Source: Phormidesmis sp. (GTDB lineage: Bacteria; Cyanobacteriota; Cyanobacteriia; Leptolyngbyales; Leptolyngbyaceae). Taken from it: a stretch of 64,000 bases of DNA. Made by a program: the position numbers and the translations under genes. The stretch spans positions 2,016,001-2,080,000 of the forward strand of contig CBDFJR010000005.1 of the NCBI GenBank assembly GCA_965248535.1, in the 5' to 3' direction. Of the stretch, positions 38,963 through 50,796 are shown piece after piece; the first letter of the stretch is position 1; each line of letters opens with the position of its first letter. The notes beneath the pieces were generated by a model. That model saw only the letters and a program-made list of their open reading frames with translations, ran no database searches and was not told the origin of the DNA.

Positions 38963-40258
38963 TCAAGAATCGAGCACATTGCGAATGACTTGGTAAATAG
39001 ATTCAAGTTCACTGTCTGTAATGCAATAAGGCGGCATTAAATACAGCGTGTTGCCGAGTGGACGAATGAAAAATCCTAATTCTAGGAAGCGATCGCGCAA
39101 CTCAGCCCCGATCGTGTTGAAATAACCTGAGGTCTCCTGAGTAGTAATCTCCATAGCGACGATCGTGCCACAGACTCGAACCGATTCAATTCTAGGATGT
39201 CCTTTGAGCCAAACTTCTAAATAGCGGCGGTGCAAGGCTTCTAGCGATCGAAATCTTTGGGGAGTTTGTTCCAATAAATTCAAAGAGGTTAACCCCGTCG
39301 CACACGCTAGCGGATTGCCCGTGTAGGAGTGACCGTGGAGAAACATCTTACTTGTGTCGTCGCTATAAAACGCTTGATAGATTTCCTCAGTTGCGAGGGT
39401 GACCGCTAACGGTAAACAGCCGCCCGACAGCCCCTTTGAGAGGCAGAGAATATCAGGAGCCGTGCCAGACTTTGAGCAAGCAAATAGCTCTCCGGTGCGC
39501 CCGAATCCGGTCATTACTTCGTCGTAGATCATCAGCACACCGAATTGACGAGCGATCGTGTGCAGCGATCGTAGAAATTCGGGGCGACACATCCGCATTC
39601 CTCCGGCTCCTTGAATCAGCGGCTCGATAAAAATTCCGGCGTAGGTCTCTTGTTTTAGGAGCGATTCAATCTGCTCAAGGGCCTGGGATTCTTTAAACTC
39701 AACATCGGGATCATCATCAAACGTCGCCGGAAATGGAACGGTATTCATTTCAATCAACAACGGTCGAAACGGCTCCCACCATGAGCAGCCGATGCCAAGG
39801 GACATGGCCCCGATCGTGTCTCCGTGATAGCCCTTCTCAAAGACAAGAAATCGAGTTCGATTGGTTTCGCCTTGGTTGAGCCAATATTGATAGGCCATTT
39901 TGAGGGCTGCCTCGATCGCGGTTGACCCGTTATCGGTGAAAAAGACTCGTGTTAATGAGTCAGGTACATGGGTGAGCAATTTTCGCGCCAACTGTTCCGC
40001 CGGGTCGTGAGTGAAGTTAGCAAAAATCACCTGTTCGAGTTGCTGGGCCTGGTGATAAAGGGCCTCAGCTAAGGCAGGATGCCCGTGCCCGTGAATGGTC
40101 ACCCACCAGCTTGAAATGCAGTCTAAAATCCGTCGCCCGTCTTCGAGTTCTAGCCAGACTCCCTCGCCCTTAACCACCTTGAGCGGCGGCGGAGTCGTTT
40201 TCATCTGCGTATAGGGTCGCCAAATGGGAGAATCTGTCTCGTGATTAGGAAGGTTCAT
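38963..40258 (-). CDS. bioA: Adenosylmethionine-8-amino-7-oxononanoate aminotransferase
   Basis: IWRPYTQM, SSWWV, YHGDT, DEVMTGFGRTG and SKGLSGG motifs. Confidence 0.97.
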   Translation of the reverse strand: MNLPNHETDSPIWRPYTQMKTTPPPLKVVKGEGVWLELEDGRRILDCISSWWVTIHGHGHPALAEALYHQAQQLEQVIFANFTHDPAEQLARKLLTHVPDSLTRVFFTDNGSTAIEAALKMAYQYWLNQGETNRTRFLVFEKGYHGDTIGAMSLGIGCSWWEPFRPLLIEMNTVPFPATFDDDPDVEFKESQALEQIESLLKQETYAGIFIEPLIQGAGGMRMCRPEFLRSLHTIARQFGVLMIYDEVMTGFGRTGELFACSKSGTAPDILCLSKGLSGGCLPLAVTLATEEIYQAFYSDDTSKMFLHGHSYTGNPLACATGLTSLNLLEQTPQRFRSLEALHRRYLEVWLKGHPRIESVRVCGTIVAMEITTQETSGYFNTIGAELRDRFLELGFFIRPLGNTLYLMPPYCITDSELESIYQVIRNVLDS

Positions 40259-41094
40259 TCTATAAAAATAACGTGACCGGACAGGAAAGAGCGCACGGTG
40301 CCATCCCAGAGTTGGAGTTGTAGACAGCCACGATCGTCAAGCCCGATCGCTTCACCTGAAGTCTGCTCTCCTGACCACTCGATCATGATTTGTTTGCCTA
40401 AGAGAGCATCACGATCGCGGATATCAGGCAACAGAGCAGAAAAACAAGATGAATGATGGGATGATTGCAAAAGCCCAGCAGTTTGCAATAGATAGTGACG
40501 TAATCGTTCTAATAATAGAATCTCATTGGGAACAATGGGAGCAACTTCGTGAAGACTAATTGGATTTCCAATGGTGTTAATCTCTGAATTTACAAAATTG
40601 GCACGGTGATTTAGACCAATTCCTACCACCAGTTTTGTGCCGTTGCTCAAATTGCTCGTCACGCCCTCACATAAAATTCCGGCTAACTTGCGCTGATTTA
40701 ACCACACATCGTTTGTCCATTTTAGGCGCAACTGAGGCCGCAAACTGGGAATCAAATCCTCGATCGCATAAATAGCGGCTAGCCCCGCGATCAGGCTAAA
40801 CCCCGATAGTTGGGCAGTGGGGATGCGATCGAGGACTATACTCAGCGTCAATACGCCAGGAGGCGAGTACCAAATGCGTCCCTGTTGTCCGCGACCGTGA
40901 GTTTGGCGACGAGTGAAAACGACCGTGCCGTGATCGAGTTGATCTAAGTGCTCGATCGCCCAAGTGTTGGTGCTGGGGCAGCTTTCTAACCAGGTTAACC
41001 ACGGCGGAAGAGGCGCGATCGCTGCAAAGGTATAGTCATTCATGATGCCAATTGTTGACCCTTGAAGAGAATAGCATCTGGCTTGACCACGCAA
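40255..41094 (-). CDS. birA: Biotin-[acetyl-CoA-carboxylase] ligase
   Basis: STN, QTHGRGQQGRIW, KWTND and KLAGIL motifs; start likely 41043. Confidence 0.93.
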   Translation of the reverse strand: MRGQARCYSLQGSTIGIMNDYTFAAIAPLPPWLTWLESCPSTNTWAIEHLDQLDHGTVVFTRRQTHGRGQQGRIWYSPPGVLTLSIVLDRIPTAQLSGFSLIAGLAAIYAIEDLIPSLRPQLRLKWTNDVWLNQRKLAGILCEGVTSNLSNGTKLVVGIGLNHRANFVNSEINTIGNPISLHEVAPIVPNEILLLERLRHYLLQTAGLLQSSHHSSCFSALLPDIRDRDALLGKQIMIEWSGEQTSGEAIGLDDRGCLQLQLWDGTVRSFLSGHVIFIE

Positions 41095-41315
41095 GAATGA
41101 TCCAGTGCTCTATGCGCGTTGCAGTGATTAGCCTGGCAATCAAAGACCTAACAAAAAATCCTGCCACAGGCAGCGGGTATTGTTGCTGCTTGATTCTCTC
41201 AAACTTTGTTCATGCCAAACGAAAGTTCTGCCAGAGTCGGTCTAGCGGGGCTTAAAATTGATTATCGAAGTTAATTAATTTATCGAGCGATCGCCAGCCA
41301 ACCCGCGAGGTTTCT

Positions 41316-41867
41316 ATGACCCTCACCACCGCCAAATGGACGCTAAACCAATATCACCAGATGATCGACGCTGGCATTCTAACCGATCGCCCCGTCGAGC
41401 TTTTGAATGGAGAAATCATTGAGATGTCACCCGAAGGAGAACCCCACGCCTACAGCAATACTGAAGCGCGAGACTATCTGATTGGCTTGCTAGGAGAACG
41501 CGCCAAAATCCGCGACGCTAAACCGATTAGCATCCCTAGCAGCAACTCTGAGCCAGAACCCGACCTAGCGATCGTGCTACCCCTAGGCAGAGCCTACCGA
41601 GAGCATCATCCCTACCCAGAAGACATTTTCTGGCTGATCGAGTTTTCTGACTCTAGCCTCAAAAAAGACCTTGACCCTAAAGCGAAACTCTATGCCGCCG
41701 CAGGAATCTTGGAATATTGGGTGGTCAACCTCAACGCTCAACAGGTTGTGGTGTTTCTGAATCCAGTTGACGGCAGCTATCAGTCAGAGCAGGTCTTAAC
41801 TCAAGGAACTATTTTTCCTTTATCATTTCCAGATATTGCGGTTTCTGTGCGGCGGCTTTTGGATTAG
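41316..41867 (+). CDS. Uma2-family endonuclease
   Basis: VELLNGEI, EPEPD, IEFSDSS and K..LYA.AGI.EYWVV motifs. Confidence 0.93.
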   Translation: MTLTTAKWTLNQYHQMIDAGILTDRPVELLNGEIIEMSPEGEPHAYSNTEARDYLIGLLGERAKIRDAKPISIPSSNSEPEPDLAIVLPLGRAYREHHPYPEDIFWLIEFSDSSLKKDLDPKAKLYAAAGILEYWVVNLNAQQVVVFLNPVDGSYQSEQVLTQGTIFPLSFPDIAVSVRRLLD

Positions 41868-41876
41868 GCGGGTAGC

Positions 41877-41907
41877 CAAAAGAAACCCCCTAGCGCAAGC
41901 TGGAGGG
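41877..41907 (-). terminator. Intrinsic terminator-like hairpin
   Basis: Minus strand CCCTCCAGC-TTGC-GCTAGGGGG followed by TTTCTTTT. Confidence 0.65.
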
Positions 41908-42214
41908 CGACACGCTGCCAAAACTTTTGCTCTAGGGGTCGATATTCTCGGCACGAGTTGACTGCCTAGCTAAGTGGATCAAACGAGGCAAAGCCTAAGT
42001 GGGATGCGTCGCGAATCGGGTCAAATCCGAGGCAAAGCCGCCTAGTGCTCCGGATGCTTGTGGGCGATCGGTTGTGATGATCATAGTTATAGAGCAGTGA
42101 TCAATTGCAAGACACAGCCGAATGGGAAACGCGCCAAGGTCAACTGCCTCAGAAACTTTTCGGCACACATGACATCCAAATAATCGATTCATTTTTAACG
42201 TCAGTTACAACATT

Positions 42215-42922
42215 AGTGATGACAGAGGTAGCTTATCCTTCGCTCTCGATTTTGGGTTCATGAATCGGTAGAAAGTTCCCATTAATTGAACCATCGTTTG
42301 AGCAATTCGAGGTATTTGATTCAGCAAGGCTACGCATCAAGGAGGACAAATTGTCGATGCTACATTGATTCCCGTTCCCAAGCAGCACAACAGCAAGGAT
42401 GAGAATCAACAGATTAAGCAAGGAGAGATTCCCCCTCGTGGCAAGACGTTGAACCCGCATCAACGTTCTCAGAAAGATAGCGATGCTCGATGGACGATAA
42501 GAGCTACTTCGGCTACAAAGATCACATCAGCATTGAACTTGCTGTGATGTGTTCATGATTCTTCAACTCCTCGAAGGTAGCGAAACGTTGAAGTTGATTA
42601 GTCACTAGTCACATGAGCCAGCAACCGCCCGTTAACGATCAGAAGCAGTCTAAGCAAGTCCAATCGATGTGTTTGGGTGTTGGGTGCGTGGCAAACTGCT
42701 GCGTTCGATTGGCATTCACAACGGCACAATTGGGATTGAAGAACTTGACCTACAACTTGTTGCGGTACACCTTCTTGGAAACGAAAGCAGTCGGTTAAGA
42801 AGTGGGAGCGAGTGATCTTGAATGGAGCCTTGAATCATATTGCTCAGGTGAATGAACGATCGGCTTACATAGCTCTCAGTCTCATTTTCCTGATTCGCTA
42901 AAAATCAATTAATCAGGTGCCC
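42215..42922 (+). mobile_element. Heavily degraded IS5-family transposase remnant
   Basis: Fragments GQIVDATLIPVPKQHNS, QKDSDARWT, SYFGYKDHISI and LGLKNLTYNLLRY in shifting frames; IR-like end ..AGGTGCCC at 42922. Confidence 0.82.
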
Positions 42923-43030
42923 TTGTGTGATCTAGGGTTTGATCGTTGAATACATGCGTTCTGCCTTCTCTCTGCAACGATCGTCGAACTTGAGATGTGT
43001 TCTCTTGCAACTTCAAGGTAGCGTTAGTCA

Positions 43031-43780
43031 CTACACATCGACCAGACGATCGAGCAACCAATCGATCGCGCCCTCGACATCCGACACTTGCTCAACGGGT
43101 GGAGTGGGCGATCGCTGCACCATCACGATCGGGATCTCCAATTCCCGCGCAGCAATAATTTTTGCGTAGGTTGCACTGCCGCCACTGTTTTTGCTGACGA
43201 TCGTATCAATGGCGTGATCAAGCATCAAAGTTTTTTCCTGCTCGATCGTGAAAGGTGCCCGATCGAGCACTGTAATTCCGTGGGGGAGGGTGATATCGGG
43301 TGAAGGCGGATCAATCGATCGCATCAAAAACCAAATGTTGTGCAATCGGGCAAACAGGGCAAGTTGCTGTCGCCCGATCGTCAGAAACACCCGTTTGGCA
43401 GACTGTTCGAGAGCAAATACCGCTGCTTCGATACTCTGGACTTCGAGCCAGCGATCGCCCGATTGCTTCTCCCACGCGGGGCGGACGAGCATCAGGTGAG
43501 GAATGCCTATGTCACGGGTGGCGATCGCGGCATTGTGAGACATTTGAGACGCGAAGGGATGAGTCGCATCGATCAGATAGTCGATTTGGCGATCGCGGAG
43601 ATAGTCACTCAATCCGGCTACACCACCAAATCCGCCGACTCGAACTGATCCAGCGATCGCCGTTGGGTTTTGAGTGCGTCCGGCGAGTGATGTGATAACC
43701 TCAACATCAGGAATCTGAGACGCTTTCGCTGCGAGTGCCGCCGCGTCTCCTGTTCCGCCCAAAATTAAGACTCGTTTCAT
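43031..43780 (-). CDS. cobK: Precorrin-6x / cobalt-precorrin-6A reductase
   Basis: ILGGT, GGFGG, DATHPFA and SKNSGG motifs. Confidence 0.96.
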   Translation of the reverse strand: MKRVLILGGTGDAAALAAKASQIPDVEVITSLAGRTQNPTAIAGSVRVGGFGGVAGLSDYLRDRQIDYLIDATHPFASQMSHNAAIATRDIGIPHLMLVRPAWEKQSGDRWLEVQSIEAAVFALEQSAKRVFLTIGRQQLALFARLHNIWFLMRSIDPPSPDITLPHGITVLDRAPFTIEQEKTLMLDHAIDTIVSKNSGGSATYAKIIAARELEIPIVMVQRSPTPPVEQVSDVEGAIDWLLDRLVDV

Positions 43781-46700
43781 AGCTGGTTTTCGATAATGCC
43801 TTCTGCCTCAAGCGATAAATTTTGCAATCGGTTTATCGTTTCTTTTGCGAAACGTTTTTCCAGAGTCCGCGCTGATGGGCTTCTAATAACCGCTCTGACA
43901 TATCTCGCATTGCCCAGGGATTATTTTCTTGAATAAATTCCTGCACAGATGAGTCAAACAAATAGGTTTCGGCAATGCCTTGATACATAAAGTCTTGAAC
44001 ACAGTTTGTTGTTGCATCGTAGGCAAATAAGTAATCGATCGTCGCTGCCATCTCAAACGCGCCTTTATAGCCGTGGCGCATGGCACCCGCGATCCATTTG
44101 GGGTTGACGACTCTAGCGCGATAAACGCGACTAATTTCTTCGGTGAGTTGCCGAACTTTTGGCTGATCGGGACGCGAATTATCCCCAAAATAAACGTCGG
44201 GTTGTTTGCCAGAAATCGACTTAACAGCCGCCGTTAACCCGCCCTGAAATTGATAATAATCATCAGAATCGAGTAAATCATGTTCTCGATTGTCCTGATT
44301 TTGCAGAACAATTTGCATCGTGTTTAGACGTTGATTGAATGCTTCGGGGGCTGATGTTCCGTTTGATTTACGGGTGTAGGCGTAAGCACTCCAGTTAATA
44401 TATGCCTGAGCTAAGTCATTTTCATCTGTCCAGTTTTGTGACTCAATTACGCCTTGCAATCCGGCTCCATAAGCGCTGGGTTTTGAGCCAAAAATGCGAT
44501 ACAGCGATCGTTCTTTCGCGTCTTCTGGAGTGAGTCCTTGGGATTCCCAATACGTCCGCTCTTGCGTTGCTTGTGCCGATAATGGGTTTTCATCATCGGA
44601 TTCATCAAGCTGTGCAACGGCTGTGACTGCGCTATCAAATAAATCAATTAAGTTGGGAAAGGCATCTCGAAAAAATCCAGAGATTCGTAATGTGACATCG
44701 ACACGGGGCCGCCCGATCGCCGAGAGGGGCAAAATCTCAAAATCGACGACGCGACGAGACACGCCATCCCACACAGGTTTGACTCCTAGCAGGGCAAGCG
44801 CCTCTGCGATGTCGTCGCCGCCCGTTCGCATGGTTGAGGTGCCCCACACCGATAAGCCTAGTGTTTTGGGATAGTCGCCATTTTCTTGGGTGTAGCGTTC
44901 GACTAAGGCTTCTGCGGCTTTTCTGCCAATCTCCCACGCGGTTTCAGTCGGGATGGCGCGAATATCGACCGAGTAAAAATTGCGTCCGGTGGGCAGCACT
45001 TCGGGTCTGCCGCGAGTCGGTGCGCCGGATGCGCCGCTGGGCACATACTGCCCGTTGAGTCCTTTGAGGAGATTGAGAATCTCTTGATCGGTTTTTTGCA
45101 ACGCTGGAAGTAAGCGATCGTGAATCCAGTCTAATTCTCGAATCGTCGCGGCTCCAATATCTAAAAATTCTTCACCCTGCATCAGTTGAGTGATCAAATC
45201 TGCCGCAAATTCTTCAATCACTTCTACAACATCGCCGATAACTCGGCAGTGGTGGATTTTAGAATGATTTTTTTCACAAAGCAATTCACCTAAATCAGCC
45301 GTGAGCGGATCTAAATCTAGCTGCCAATCTTCAGCAATAGCGCGGGTTAAGCCGATTCGATTAGCGCTGGGATTACGGGCGATCGCAACAATCAAATCTC
45401 TTAGCTGTCTGTCTTGAGGACACTGACCCAGAATATGCAGCCCGTCTCGAATTTGAGATTCTTTTAGCTCACAGAGATAGCCGTCTGCGGTCTTGAGAAA
45501 ACTCGCCAGACTCGACTCATCTAATGCCGAACTTGCGATGCCTAAATCTTGATGGAGATTTTCTTGAATGATCAGTTGAGAAAGCCGATCGCTAATCAAT
45601 TTCAGTCGCGATGGATCTAGTGTTTGGGCTTCATAATATTCGTCAATCAATCCTTCGACTTGGTGCAAGTTACCGTAGAGTTCCGCTCGCGTCATCGGGG
45701 GCGTTAAGTGATCGATAATTACGGCTTGCGTGCGGCGTTTCGCTTGTGATCCTTCACCCGGATCGTTAACGATAAACGGGTATAAATGCGGCATCGCCCC
45801 AAACACTGCTTCGGGATAGCAGGCTTCAGAGAGCGCCACGCTTTTTCCAGGCAGCCATTCTAAGTTGCCGTGTTTGCCGACGTGCACGATCGCGTGTGCC
45901 CCAAACTGAGATCGAATCCAGTGATAAAACGCCAGATAGTTGTGGGGTGGCTCTAAATCGGGTGCGTGATAGTTGAGAGACGGGTCACGATCGTAGCCCC
46001 GCGCAGGTTGCACACCGACAAACACGTTACCAAACTGAATTCCTGGAATGGGAAATGCAGTGGTTTCTTCAGGCGAACCCCAACGAGTTTGAATACCCGA
46101 TTGAACGGCAGCAGGCAACGAATCAAATTGAGATTGATAATCGTCAAGCGGAAGTGATTGCCGCACATTTCTCAACGTCCAACCTTCAGGATCGTTAGTG
46201 ACTCCGGTAGTAAGTAATTGAATCAGTTCTTTATCACTATTGGGAATATTTTCGACATCATATCCGGCGAGTTTTAGAGCTTTGAGAATCTCGATGCAGC
46301 TTGCCGGAGTGTCTAATCCAACGCCATTCGCTAATCGTCCGTCACGAGTCGGGTAGTTGGCTAAAATTAGCGCGATCTTCCGATCGTTTGGCTGAGTTTG
46401 CCGCAGCTTAATCCAATTCGCGGCTAACTCAGAAACAAACTCAATGCGAGACAGAACAGGCTCATATCCCACAACATCGGTTTGCAATAATGGATTCTGA
46501 GTTTGAACTGCCTTAAACGAAACGGCTCTCGTAATAATGCGTCCATCCACTTCTGGTAAGGCGACATTCATCGCCATATCTTTCGGTGATAACCCCTGAA
46601 AGCCAGATGCCCACTGTCCTTGAGTTCCGCCACTAAAAATCACTTGAAATACGGGGACATTTAGCGTTTCCCAGAGTTCAACTTGAGGGGTTTCTGACTC

Positions 46701-47498
46701 TAATCGAGCCAGCGAAAAACTCGTCGTGTTGAAGAGTAACTCAATGCCCCGATCGCAGTAGTTCAGCAGTTCTTTTTGCACATCAGGCTCTTTAAGCGAC
46801 GACACAAAAATCGGCACAGGCGTTAGATTTCGCTTAATCAACGCATCACACATGGCATCAATCACGGCTGTGTTTCCAGACAAATAATGAGCGCGATAAA
46901 ATAAAATCCCGACTCCAGAGTGAATCGTTGATTCTACTAATTTTTGCTGCCCACCATAGATGCCAATTCGCGGCACAGGCTGCGGCGCATTAAACGCATA
47001 CGTTTGATTTAAGAAATAAGTTGAAACAAATTTAAGCAGATTGCAATAATTATCAACGCCGCCTTCTAAAAAGTATTTCCAAACCTGATTAACTTCGGTT
47101 AACGAAACCGTTGAATGACTCATTAAATTGGGATCAGGTCGTTCATCTCCCGGCAAAATAATGAGTTTTGCGCCCGTTTGTTTTGCCGTTTCTTCAACAA
47201 CTTCTAGCCCATAACTCCAATACGATCGCCCCCCAATTACCCGGACAATAATTATTTTCGCCTCGCTCAACACATCTTCGGCATAGGTGTCGATCGTGAG
47301 TTGCTGTTGCAGTTGCAGCAAATTGACCACCCGCAGGGCTGCAAACCCGTCGGGTAGCTGAGATGCAGCCGCCGCAAGGGTTTGAATGTCGGTGTCAGCC
47401 GCCGTAATCACCACGATCGGCGCAGGCTGCTGTTCGACAAAAATCACGCCTTCTGCGGCGGGGTTCCACCCTCCAGGAATCGTTGCGAGACGGTGCAT
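43777..47498 (-). CDS. cobN: Cobaltochelatase subunit CobN (apparent frameshift near the 3' end)
   Basis: MHRLA start, GKHGNLEWLPGK, LPTGRNFY, NPKW; the ORF stops at 43833 but a shifted frame gives ETINRLQNLSLEAEGIIENQL*, whose stop overlaps the cobK ATG. Confidence 0.95.
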
Positions 47499-47579
47499 AA
47501 GCGTTGGAGATTGCGTTTATAGTGAGGAAGTGCGATCGCCCGAAGGCTTTTTCCATCTTACAGGCAGAACGATTGACCT

Positions 47580-48980
47580 ATGGCGATGATCATTGCAGGA
47601 GAACGCAGCGGAGTCGGCAAAACCACCGTCACGTTGGCGCTGTTAGCCGCGTTGGAGCGTCGCAGTCAGGCCGTGCAGTCGTTTAAAGTGGGCCCTGATT
47701 ATATCGATCCGATGTTTCATCGCCATGTGACAAAACGGGCGTGTCGTAATCTTGATCCGGTTCTGACCTCAGAAGATTATGTACAGCAGTGTTTTGCTCA
47801 ACACAGTCAAACTGCTGAATATTCCTTAATTGAGGGAGTCATGGGCTTGTTTGATGGAGCCAGCGGATCAGATGATTTTGGCAGCACGGCTCACGTCGCC
47901 CGACTGTTGGATTTGCCCGTTTTGCTGATTCTAAATTGCAGTAGTTTGGCACGATCGATAGCCGCGATCGCCCATGGTTATCGCAGTTTTGATCCGCGTG
48001 TTGACGTTGCGGGAGTCGTGCTCAATCGAGTCGGCAGCGATCGTCATTTAGAATTACTCACCGCCGCTTTAGAGCCGTTGAATCTGCCCATTTTGGGGGT
48101 TTTGCGTCGTCAAGATGACATTACAATCCCCGATCGTCATTTAGGGTTGGTGCCCACCGCAGAGCTTGAGAATCTAAATTCGCTGCTCGATCGCTTGGCT
48201 GATTTAGGAGAAACCTGCTTCGATTGGTCGCGATTGTTGCCCTTACTCAGCAGTGAACATATAGAGAAAGAAGAGTCTAAAGCTCAACCTTCAACCTCTA
48301 AAATTCGCGTTGCTGTTGCTTACGATTCTGCATTTAGTTTTTATTATGCTGACAATCTAGATTTGTTAGAACAACTTGGTGCAGAACTGGTTTATTGGAG
48401 TCCATTAAACGACTCTGCATTGCCAGAAGGGACGCAGGGATTATATTTTGGGGGTGGATTTCCAGAAGTGTTTGCAACTGAATTGGCGAACAATCACTTG
48501 GCGCGATGTGCTGTTAAAACTGCCATTCAATCTAATATGCCGACCTATGCCGAGTGCGGCGGACTGATGTATCTATGTGAACAAATTGTTGATTTTGCTG
48601 GACAATCTCATCCGATGGTGGGCATCTTACCCACTACAGCAATCATGGGGAAAAAATTAACGTTGGGCTATCGGCACGCCACCGTGATGCAAAATAGTCT
48701 AATGATGAACAAGGGCGATCGGGCGTGGGGTCACGAATTTCACCGATCGACCTTAACTCACGAGTCAGATCAGCCCCTTTTCAATCTTGAAGGCTATCAC
48801 TCCGGCATTCCCCTTAGGTCAGAGGGCTGGCAGTGTTACCAAGTTCATGCGTCCTATACTCACTTACATTTCGGCGCACAGCCAGAGTTTCTCAAGCGAT
48901 TTTTGCGCCAATGCTCACAGGTTAGGCTCACGCCTCTGCAAAAAACGAGCGAGAGCCACCAACGATCGATCGTGCCCTGA
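47580..48980 (+). CDS. cobB: Cobyrinate a,c-diamide synthase
   Basis: SGVGKTT, FKVGPDYIDP, EGVMGLFDG, AECGGLMYL and GHEFH motifs. Confidence 0.96.
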   Translation: MAMIIAGERSGVGKTTVTLALLAALERRSQAVQSFKVGPDYIDPMFHRHVTKRACRNLDPVLTSEDYVQQCFAQHSQTAEYSLIEGVMGLFDGASGSDDFGSTAHVARLLDLPVLLILNCSSLARSIAAIAHGYRSFDPRVDVAGVVLNRVGSDRHLELLTAALEPLNLPILGVLRRQDDITIPDRHLGLVPTAELENLNSLLDRLADLGETCFDWSRLLPLLSSEHIEKEESKAQPSTSKIRVAVAYDSAFSFYYADNLDLLEQLGAELVYWSPLNDSALPEGTQGLYFGGGFPEVFATELANNHLARCAVKTAIQSNMPTYAECGGLMYLCEQIVDFAGQSHPMVGILPTTAIMGKKLTLGYRHATVMQNSLMMNKGDRAWGHEFHRSTLTHESDQPLFNLEGYHSGIPLRSEGWQCYQVHASYTHLHFGAQPEFLKRFLRQCSQVRLTPLQKTSESHQRSIVP

Positions 48981-49023
48981 TATACTGTTTAAGGCGATTT
49001 GAAATTCTCCCTTCAGCCTGTCC

Positions 49024-50130
49024 TTGATTGCGCTCACCGATTTCTGCTGGATGATTGATTTGATGCACAAGACTTATGACCTTCATGTTGTTGAGACCAG
49101 AACGTTAATGGCTCCAACAGCACTCAAAGAAGAAATTCCGTTGACCGAAACGGCGGCGGCGCTGGTGGCGACAACCCGCGATCGCATCCGCAAAATTCTC
49201 AACCGTGAAGACGATCGCTTGCTGGTGATTGTCGGCCCTTGCTCGATTCATGACGTGGATGCTGCCTATGAATATGGGCAAAAGTTGATGCACTTGCGAA
49301 ATGAACTGTCCGATCGCTTAGAGATCGTGATGCGCGTCTATTTTGAGAAACCCCGCACCACCACAGGCTGGAAAGGTCTGATCAACGATCCCCATTTAGA
49401 TGAGAGCTATGACATCAACACCGGGTTGCGAACCGCTCGCAAACTGTTGCTCGATCTCGCCCATTTAGGAATGCCCAGCGCTACTGAATTGCTCGATCCG
49501 ATCATTCCCCAATATATTGCTGATGTGATTACGTGGAGCGCGATCGGGGCCCGCACCACCGAGAGCCAAACCCACCGCGAAATGGCTTCCGGCTTATCGA
49601 TGCCCGTCGGTTTCAAGAACAGCACTGACGGAAATCTGTTAACCGCCATTCACGCAATTCTTGCGGCCAACCATCCTCACCACTTTTTAGGCATCAATGC
49701 CCAAGGGTTGGCTAGCATCGTCGCGACGACAGGCAACCCCGACTGTCACATCATCTTGCGCGGTGGCAAAGGCGGAACCAATTACGGCGCGGCCGACCTC
49801 GAAGAAGCCGTTAGCCAACTGATCAAGCAGGGCATTTCGACCCCGGTGATGGTCGATTGCAGCCACGGCAACAGCAGCAAAGATCACAATCGGCAAACGA
49901 TCGTGCTTCAGTCGATCGCCGAGCAAATCGCAGGCGGCTCTCGTCACTGCATGGGCGTGATGATCGAGAGTCATCTCGTGGCCGGAAATCAGTCGATTCC
50001 TGCCGATTTGAGTCAACTCACCTATGGGCAAAGCGTCACTGATGCCTGTGTTGACTTTGGCACGACGGTTCCAATGCTGCGAGAACTTGCCCGATCAGTA
50101 AAAGTTCAGCCTCAGGCGATTCCGGTCTAA
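49024..50130 (+). CDS. DAHP synthase, class I-alpha (AroF/G/H type)
   Basis: GPCSIHD, RVYFEKPRT, GARTTESQ and DCSHGN motifs. Confidence 0.95.
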   Translation: MIALTDFCWMIDLMHKTYDLHVVETRTLMAPTALKEEIPLTETAAALVATTRDRIRKILNREDDRLLVIVGPCSIHDVDAAYEYGQKLMHLRNELSDRLEIVMRVYFEKPRTTTGWKGLINDPHLDESYDINTGLRTARKLLLDLAHLGMPSATELLDPIIPQYIADVITWSAIGARTTESQTHREMASGLSMPVGFKNSTDGNLLTAIHAILAANHPHHFLGINAQGLASIVATTGNPDCHIILRGGKGGTNYGAADLEEAVSQLIKQGISTPVMVDCSHGNSSKDHNRQTIVLQSIAEQIAGGSRHCMGVMIESHLVAGNQSIPADLSQLTYGQSVTDACVDFGTTVPMLRELARSVKVQPQAIPV

Positions 50131-50144
50131 CTTCAAAATGCCCT

Positions 50145-50792
50145 TTAGCTGAGTTGTTGAAACTGAGTCATCAGCCAAGCTCCGACTTGCGACTGATCGG
50201 CTTCGCGACTTTGCCGAAGGGCTTGTTCTAGGGTAGCGATGACCAATCCGGGTAAGACTTGCGATTCATCAATGCGTTTGCTGCCGCGATCGATCATCTG
50301 AAATGCTAGAATTTCTGCTTTTTCGACATCTACGACCCAATATTCAGAGACACCTAATTCTTCGTATAAGGTGCGTTTGTTGCCCCGATCGTCGAGCAGT
50401 GTTGTTTTAGAAACCTCAATCACGAGGTTAGGAACAGGATACAAATCGAGATTCACAACGTTTGTACCGGGCGGAACGGATTGGGCGCGTTCGCCAACAT
50501 AATAAGACACATCAGGTTGAAATTCCTGCAAACCTGCTCTACGAAATGAGCAGTTATCAAGTCCGCGCAGTGAAATTCCTTTAACGATCCCAAATAGACC
50601 GACTGCCAAAATGATGACAGTGTGATCATCTGCGTGATCGCGTCCAACTGATGCCATCTCAATCCTCATGTGCCCTTGATAGTAGTAGCCTTTTGCTTTT
50701 TCGTAGGTGGGATCAGCGATCGTCTGAAGATAGTCCTCCCACGATGCAGGAACCCAGGCATCAGTCACTAGCTTGGCTTTGAGTTCTACCAT
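50145..50792 (-). CDS. Uma2-family endonuclease
   Basis: QPDVSYY, PNLVIEV and K..LYE.LGVSEYWVVD motifs. Confidence 0.92.
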   Translation of the reverse strand: MVELKAKLVTDAWVPASWEDYLQTIADPTYEKAKGYYYQGHMRIEMASVGRDHADDHTVIILAVGLFGIVKGISLRGLDNCSFRRAGLQEFQPDVSYYVGERAQSVPPGTNVVNLDLYPVPNLVIEVSKTTLLDDRGNKRTLYEELGVSEYWVVDVEKAEILAFQMIDRGSKRIDESQVLPGLVIATLEQALRQSREADQSQVGAWLMTQFQQLS

Positions 50793-50796
50793 TGCT

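Noticed and set aside
47499..47579. Cobalamin riboswitch in front of cobN/cobB
   Set aside because: The divergent gap is only about 80 nt and has no B12-box motifs.
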